Source: a virus. Taken from it: a stretch of 64,000 nucleotides of DNA. The stretch spans positions 1 to 64,000 of IMG/VR virus record IMGVR_UViG_3300027734_000055; one strand, given 5' to 3'. Within the stretch, counting starts at the first letter, position 1. Every line of letters starts with the position of its first letter. Shown here piece after piece: positions 58,752 through 64,000 of the stretch. The position numbers and the translations under genes were made by a program. Under the pieces are notes generated by a model. The model saw only the letters and a list, made by a program, of their open reading frames with translations, ran no database searches and had not been told where the DNA came from.

Positions 58752-59831
58752 ATGGGTGGTGTAGTTAGTGCTATAGGAAATGCGGTAGGCAGTGTAGGTA
58801 ATATAGCTTCTGGCGTTGCTGGGGCTATTCCAGGCATTGGTCCAATTGCGGGTCCAATTGTAGGGGGTCTTACAGGCGGTCCTATAGGATTTGCTTCGTC
58901 TCTTGCAAGTCAAGCGCTACAAGGTAATTATGGTGGTGGCGGAGGCGGCGGTGGAGGTTCTAGTGGTGGGATTCCTACTTATGGAACTACTGATGCCGCG
59001 GGGAATTTAGTTGCACCCCCTCCTGGTTTTAACTATGGTGCTAACACCTATACTTACGGCGATAAACCGTATGATGCTTCTAAGTACTTTGTATCAGGTA
59101 ATAAAGGGGTATACAATATTCTTCCCGAGTTAGGTAATATGTATAGCCCAGAAGCTCAAGGTGCTCAAGGGACATCAAGTTTCAATGCATATCAAAATAT
59201 ATACGGCAAAATGGCGGGTGATGAATTAGCTCAAGCTAACTTACAAAAATCATTTAATCCTGGCATGTTATCAGTAGCACCAGTTAATAATACTTATACA
59301 CCTATTAGCGATTTTAACCCAGCTACTACTCCATACGCAGGAGCTCAGGCAAATTTACCTGATTATTTAAAACAAGATATTCAATCTGCATATAGCGAAT
59401 ATCAACCACAAGCGCAAACAAGTGGATCAAGCTACTTACCTATTCAGTATGCGGACTTTGGTTTTGGTAGTGGGGACCAAGCTTATAAATTAGCTCAATA
59501 CGCAGCTCAAAATAAGAACCCTTTCTTCCAAGCTTATGCAGAGCCAACAAATACAGCAGCACCGCAGATGGCTAACCCATTTGCTTTTGCTAGACCGCCA
59601 GAGGCACCCGCGCCTGCACCAAGTCCTTACCAACCTGTAGAAGGTGGAGCACGAAGAGGACCTGCTGAACGAGGTATGGTACCAGCAACCACTGCATCTA
59701 TGGGAACATTTAGACCTGTAGAAGCAAGTACAGCAACACCAACATCAACAGCTACAATGGGTAGACCTGAAGATTATAAACCTGTTAATATTAGAACTGG
59801 CGGATTAGCTAGTTTAAGGAGAAAAGCATGA
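58752..59831 (+). CDS. Low-complexity Gly/Pro/Ala-rich protein (possible internal virion protein)
   Basis: Hydrophobic Gly-rich N-terminus; C-terminal IRTGGLASL; AGGAG RBS. Confidence 0.65.
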   Translation: MGGVVSAIGNAVGSVGNIASGVAGAIPGIGPIAGPIVGGLTGGPIGFASSLASQALQGNYGGGGGGGGGSSGGIPTYGTTDAAGNLVAPPPGFNYGANTYTYGDKPYDASKYFVSGNKGVYNILPELGNMYSPEAQGAQGTSSFNAYQNIYGKMAGDELAQANLQKSFNPGMLSVAPVNNTYTPISDFNPATTPYAGAQANLPDYLKQDIQSAYSEYQPQAQTSGSSYLPIQYADFGFGSGDQAYKLAQYAAQNKNPFFQAYAEPTNTAAPQMANPFAFARPPEAPAPAPSPYQPVEGGARRGPAERGMVPATTASMGTFRPVEASTATPTSTATMGRPEDYKPVNIRTGGLASLRRKA

Positions 59832-60088
59832 GACCTTCAAGAGGCATGGGCGCTATAAAGAAAACTAAATTACCTAGTGCTGTAGAAAATAAAATGCCTA
59901 AAGGCGTAGTTAAAGCTAGACGAGATAACACAGACTTTACTCAGTTTAAAGAAGGCGGTCCTATAGGACTTTATGCAAACATGAATGCTAGAAAGAAAAA
60001 AGGTATTTCAAGACCTAAATCAAAATCTACAATTGCACCTAAAGCTTATGCAAACATGAAAGCGGGATTTCCTAAAGGGAAAAAATAA
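59828..60088 (+). CDS. Small basic protein
   Basis: MRPSRGMGAI...FKEGG..GLYAN. Confidence 0.7.
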   Translation: MRPSRGMGAIKKTKLPSAVENKMPKGVVKARRDNTDFTQFKEGGPIGLYANMNARKKKGISRPKSKSTIAPKAYANMKAGFPKGKK

Positions 60089-61032
60089 TGGCAGACTTAA
60101 CCACAGGACAGACAAGTTTTAATTTAGATTTAAATAATCTTGTTGAAGATGCATTTGAACGTTGCGGACAAGAGTTACGTACTGGATACGATTTAAGAAC
60201 TGCAAGACGTTCACTAAATATTATGACAGCTGAATGGGCAAATCGTGGTCTTAATTTATGGACCATAGAACCTGGTCAAATTACAATGAATCAAAATCAA
60301 ATTATGTATGCATTACCAGTAGATACAGTTGACTTGCTTGACATGGTGACACGTACTGGAACAGGACAGAACCAACAAGACATTAATATTAACCGTATTT
60401 CTGAATCAACATATATTACAATACCTACTAAGAATGCAACGGGTAGACCTATTCAGGTTTGGATTAATAGACAAAGTGGTCAAATAAATCCTACTACAAT
60501 ACTTTTGGATGAAACATTAACTGCTACAGCTTCTACTGCAGCAAACCCACAAACTATTACTTTAACTTCAACTGTAGGTTTAGCACAGTTTGGTTTTGTA
60601 AATATTGGTAATGAAACTATTCAATATGGTGGTATAGACGGTAATGATATAACAGGTTGTATAAGAGCTGTTAATAATTCTACATTAGAACCTCATGCTA
60701 TTGGTGCTAAGATTTATGTAAATAATTTACCTACTGTTAATGTATGGCCCACACCTGAGCAAAGTAATTTTTACCAATTTGTATATTATAGATTAAGACG
60801 CATTCAAGACGCAGGTAACGGTGTTAACGTAGAAGATATTCCGTTTAGATTTATTCCTGCTATGGTTGCAGGAGTAGCATATTATATGAGTATGAAATTA
60901 CCGGGTGTTGACCCTACTAGAATTCAAATGTTAAAAGCTGATTATGAACAACAGTTTCAATTAGCAGCTGACGAGGATAGAGAAAAGGCAAGCGTTAGGT
61001 TTGTACCTCGTGAAATGTTTTACCACGGGTAA
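60088..61032 (+). CDS. Putative head-tail adaptor/connector protein
   Basis: EDAFERCG...ARRSLN...EWANRG.NLW...WPTP...IPFRF.P.MVAG.AYY. Confidence 0.65.
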   Translation: MADLTTGQTSFNLDLNNLVEDAFERCGQELRTGYDLRTARRSLNIMTAEWANRGLNLWTIEPGQITMNQNQIMYALPVDTVDLLDMVTRTGTGQNQQDININRISESTYITIPTKNATGRPIQVWINRQSGQINPTTILLDETLTATASTAANPQTITLTSTVGLAQFGFVNIGNETIQYGGIDGNDITGCIRAVNNSTLEPHAIGAKIYVNNLPTVNVWPTPEQSNFYQFVYYRLRRIQDAGNGVNVEDIPFRFIPAMVAGVAYYMSMKLPGVDPTRIQMLKADYEQQFQLAADEDREKASVRFVPREMFYHG

Positions 61033-61036
61033 TTAA

Positions 61037-61465
61037 ATGCCAAGTAAATACGCAAGCGCCAAGAATTCCATTGCCCAGTGTGATCGCTGTGGTTTTAGAT
61101 ATAAGTTAAAACAACTTAAAAGATTGGTTATAAAGACCAAAAATGTTAATATACTGGTATGTCCTGAATGTTGGGAGCCGGATCAGCCACAATTAAGTTT
61201 AGGCTTATATCCAGTTAACGATCCGCAGGCGGTTAGAAATCCAAGACCCGACTTAGGATATTACCAATCTGGTCTAAATGGATTGCAAACTATTGCTCAA
61301 ACAGGTCCGTTACAAAGAGAAACAGGTGTGCCTTTATTAGGTAGCCGAGTTATTCAATGGGGATGGAATCCTGTGGGGGGTTCAAGATTAAACGATGCTG
61401 GATTAACGCCTAATGATCTAGTAGGAATAGGTAATGTAGGCACAGTAACAGTATCAACAACATAA
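61037..61465 (+). CDS. Zn-ribbon protein
   Basis: CDRCGF...VCPECWE...PQL...DPQA...PRPD. Confidence 0.75.
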   Translation: MPSKYASAKNSIAQCDRCGFRYKLKQLKRLVIKTKNVNILVCPECWEPDQPQLSLGLYPVNDPQAVRNPRPDLGYYQSGLNGLQTIAQTGPLQRETGVPLLGSRVIQWGWNPVGGSRLNDAGLTPNDLVGIGNVGTVTVSTT

Positions 61466-61475
61466 GGAGAAGTAT

Positions 61476-61670
61476 ATGGGATTCAGATCAGCAGCAGATG
61501 GTATTACTAAACAAGGTAAAACTAAAGGTCGTAACTTAGGTGACGACGGCGCTAAAGTAGCTATTCAAAATGGTCCAAAAGAATCAGGTAGCAAAGGTGG
61601 TAAAACTAATGCTGACATGAAAAAAATGGGTCGTGGTATGGCTAAAGTTGCAGCACAAAAAAAGGGGTAA
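61476..61670 (+). CDS. Small basic protein (homologue of 108..296)
   Basis: Sequence similarity to copy A. Confidence 0.8.
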   Translation: MGFRSAADGITKQGKTKGRNLGDDGAKVAIQNGPKESGSKGGKTNADMKKMGRGMAKVAAQKKG

Positions 61671-61674
61671 TAAA

Positions 61675-62019
61675 ATGGCTAAAAATGACTTTCCAAAACC
61701 AACACCAGCGGAATCATTTCCACTAGGTCACGCTAAAGAAAACAAAGATGCAAGTGCCTATACAGGATTTAAATATCCATCAGGCGGTACTGGCAGCGAT
61801 ATTGGCATATATAAACAACCAATGCCTAACCCAAATAGTACTGATATACATTTCAGTCAAGATCCTAATAAATTAAGATCACAGCAAATTAGTAAGCAAA
61901 CAGGCGTCCAACGTGTAAGCGTGGGTGATCCTACTCGCCCTGCTAAGACTGAAGGTATTACTATTCGTGGTTGCGGCGCAGCTACTAAAGGTACTAAAGC
62001 TAGAGGTCCGATGGCGTAA
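61675..62019 (+). CDS. Hypothetical protein (homologue of 301..642)
   Basis: Sequence similarity to copy A. Confidence 0.8.
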   Translation: MAKNDFPKPTPAESFPLGHAKENKDASAYTGFKYPSGGTGSDIGIYKQPMPNPNSTDIHFSQDPNKLRSQQISKQTGVQRVSVGDPTRPAKTEGITIRGCGAATKGTKARGPMA

Positions 62020-62654
62020 TGAACTACACGCAGCTAGTTGATGAAATACAAAGTTATGTAGAAAATACGTTTCAGACAACGGATATAGACACGTTTATAA
62101 CCCAAGCCGAACAACGTATTTATAACTCAGTGCAACTTCCTGCGCTTAGAAAGAACGTAACAGGCTCTCTTACTACAGGTAATAAATATTTAGCTATGCC
62201 TAGTGATTGGCTTGCTACATTTAGTTTGGCAGTGATTAATGCAAATAATGAATACTTATATCTTTTAAACAAAGATGTAAACTTTATTAGGCAGTCTTAC
62301 CCAGATACAGATTCTGATTATTATGGTGAACCTGCATATTATGCGGTATTTGATAGTACTACATTTATTGTAGGACCTACTCCAGATGCTTCGTATGCTG
62401 CGGAACTTCATTATTTTTATTATCCAGAGTCCATTACTACTGCTGGAACCTCTTGGTTAGGCGATAACTTTAGTTCTACATTGTTATATGGCTCATTATT
62501 AGAAGCTTATACCTACATGAAGGGCGAACAAGACATTATTAATCAATACCAAAAACGATATGATGAAGCTATGATTCTATTGAAACAATTAGCTGATGGC
62601 AAAGATAGACAAGATGCTTATCGTTCAGGTCAAGTAAGGTACCCAGTTAGATGA
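62019..62654 (+). CDS. Putative adaptor protein (homologue of 646..1290)
   Basis: Sequence similarity to copy A. Confidence 0.65.
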   Translation: MNYTQLVDEIQSYVENTFQTTDIDTFITQAEQRIYNSVQLPALRKNVTGSLTTGNKYLAMPSDWLATFSLAVINANNEYLYLLNKDVNFIRQSYPDTDSDYYGEPAYYAVFDSTTFIVGPTPDASYAAELHYFYYPESITTAGTSWLGDNFSSTLLYGSLLEAYTYMKGEQDIINQYQKRYDEAMILLKQLADGKDRQDAYRSGQVRYPVR

Positions 62655-63076
62655 TCTTAGGACAAGCACTGACCACAACCTTTAAGGTAAACTTATTAAA
62701 AGGTTTAGAGAATTTTTACACGGGGTCACCTTATACATATAAAATAGCCTTGTATAATGCGGTAGCTACTTTAAATAGCGAAACAACTGCATATACAACG
62801 CAAGACGAAATTACAGGTACTGGCTATATAGCGGGGGGTAAAGTTTTAGCTCCTACCGTAGGTAGTGATCCTAGTAATAACACGGCTTATGTTACGTTTG
62901 CTAATGTAACTTGGAGCCCTGCAAGCTTTACGACTGCTGGCGCTTTAATATATAATAGCACTACAAATGCATCAGTCGCAGTACTAAATTTTGGTGGTCA
63001 AAAAACAGCCACTACAACATTTACAATAGAATTCCCTTCAGCAACTTCAACCACTGCTGTAATACGAATTAACTAA
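62651..63076 (+). CDS. Putative tail protein (homologue of 1287..1712)
   Basis: 124/141 aa identical to copy A by manual count. Confidence 0.65.
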   Translation: MILGQALTTTFKVNLLKGLENFYTGSPYTYKIALYNAVATLNSETTAYTTQDEITGTGYIAGGKVLAPTVGSDPSNNTAYVTFANVTWSPASFTTAGALIYNSTTNASVAVLNFGGQKTATTTFTIEFPSATSTTAVIRIN

Positions 63077-63086
63077 AGGAGTAATT

Positions 63087-63683
63087 ATGAGCAACATAGA
63101 CAAATTTGGAATGGGCGACTCAGTTGATGCGTCTGTGACAAGAAATGCTGGATCAAATGATGAGTTTGGTCTAAACGGCGTCTATACATTTACATGCTAC
63201 GATCAAGACGGCAATGTTAAATGGGAAGACGCATTTGAAAATTTAACAACAAACGTAGGTCGTCAAAGCTTACTAAATTCTTATTTTGCTAACACAGGTG
63301 GCGGCGCAGTTGTTATGGGTCTTATGACTAATAATGCTGTACCAGCATCTATTCCAGCTTATACAGATACACAAGCATCTCATGCTGGTTGGTTTGAAGC
63401 AGGTTCTGCAAATGCACCTACATATTCTGGTACAAGAAAAACACCAGCATTTAGTACTGCAACAAATGCTAACCCATCAGTACTTTCTACATCAGCAGCG
63501 GTAGTATTCTCAATGACTGGTTCTGGTACTGTAACAGGTGCATTTATTAATATTGGTGGTACATCAGCGATTGATAATACGACAGGTACATTGTTCTCTG
63601 CAGGTAACTTTACAGCAGGTTCTAAAACTGTAACATCAGGCGACACAATTAACGTAACATATACTTTATCAGCTTCGGGCTAA
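63087..63683 (+). CDS. Putative tail protein (distant homologue of 1723..2343)
   Basis: Shared KWE..F.NL..N.G, SHAGW.E, LFSAG.F, GDT..VTY motifs but otherwise divergent. Confidence 0.65.
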   Translation: MSNIDKFGMGDSVDASVTRNAGSNDEFGLNGVYTFTCYDQDGNVKWEDAFENLTTNVGRQSLLNSYFANTGGGAVVMGLMTNNAVPASIPAYTDTQASHAGWFEAGSANAPTYSGTRKTPAFSTATNANPSVLSTSAAVVFSMTGSGTVTGAFINIGGTSAIDNTTGTLFSAGNFTAGSKTVTSGDTINVTYTLSASG

Positions 63684-63693
63684 GGAGTCTTAA

Positions 63694-64000
63694 ATGGCTC
63701 TAGTGGTCTATGATCGAGTCCAGGAAACGACGACTACATCAGGTACGGGTTCTGTAACCTTACTTGGTGCAGTCAGCGGATTCCAATCGTTTGCTGTTGT
63801 TGGAAATAGCAATACTACCTATTACACTATTACAGATGGTGCTCAATGGGAAGTAGGTATTGGTACATATTCTACATCGGGTCCTACGTTAGCACGTACT
63901 ACAGTATTATCTAATTCAAATGGTAATACATCGCCTATTACTTTATCAGGCGGAACAGCTCAAGTCTTTGTTACTTATACTGCTGAAAAATCAGTCAATC
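63694..64000 (+). CDS. Tail fibre N-terminus, partial (homologue of 2354)
   Basis: MALVVYDRVQETTTTSGTG..., truncated by the window end. Confidence 0.85.
   Translation, partial: MALVVYDRVQETTTTSGTGSVTLLGAVSGFQSFAVVGNSNTTYYTITDGAQWEVGIGTYSTSGPTLARTTVLSNSNGNTSPITLSGGTAQVFVTYTAEKSVN

Larger units (their letters stand above)
1..64000. mobile_element. Podovirus-like dsDNA bacteriophage genome (unit ~61.35 kb, window wraps past one genome length)
   Basis: Terminase, portal, capsid, tail, lysis and replication modules in two divergently transcribed arms; gene order at 1-2650 recurs at 61370-64000; no bacterial housekeeping genes. Confidence 0.95.
61370..64000 (+). repeat. Diverged copy B of terminal duplicated segment
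   Basis: cctgtggggggttcaagattaaacgatgctggattaacgcc at 61370 matches cctgtaggtggatcaagagcaaacgatgctggattaacgcc at 1; colinear to the window end. Confidence 0.95.

Noticed and set aside
58752-58770. MGxxxS N-myristoylation-like start
   Set aside because: Bacterial hosts lack N-myristoyltransferase; a chance match in a Gly/Ser-rich sequence
729-63646. Numerous antisense or alternate-frame ORFs in the track (e.g. 4450..4836, 8031..8438, 17429..17815, 53537..53851)
   Set aside because: Shadows of real genes caused by codon bias; no RBS or recognisable motifs
1-64000. Prophage, alternative genetic code, or intron/intein in core genes
   Set aside because: No integrase, att-flanking host genes, or interrupted core ORFs; TerL, PolA and helicase have normal lengths in the standard code

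Overview
The window is essentially one complete genome (unit about 61.35 kb) of an AT-rich, lytic-looking, podovirus-like dsDNA phage, plus about 2.6 kb of wrap-around. The + strand arm (47393 to the end, continuing 1-25394) holds packaging and virion genes: terminase, portal, GroES, scaffold, Mu-gpT-like major capsid, small basic proteins, adaptors, three fibre/Gly-rich adhesin modules, holin and endolysin, tail nozzle and ejection proteins. The - strand arm (25395-47305) holds replication and early genes: primase-helicase, SNF2 helicase, PD-(D/E)XK nuclease, family A DNA polymerase, HNH endonucleases, three 2OG-Fe(II) oxygenases, a TraR-like protein, a SleB-like hydrolase, VRR-NUC and many small acidic ORFs. 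No integrase, tRNA, CRISPR array or reverse transcriptase was seen. The main hidden feature, missing from the ORF track, is a 25-aa pqqA (PQQ cofactor precursor peptide) at 55922-55999. It is a self-contained unit between two terminators just after the capsid gene and points to a methylotroph (Methylophilaceae-like) host. Other notable items: a [FYM]-x-x-G-G motif shared by many putative internal virion proteins, two candidate structured RNAs, an IHF/iteron-rich non-coding region, a G-quadruplex-like tract, leaderless genes, and wrap-around copies (1-2650 vs 61370-64000) that are diverged rather than identical. All family assignments come from motif recognition by eye; no searches were run.
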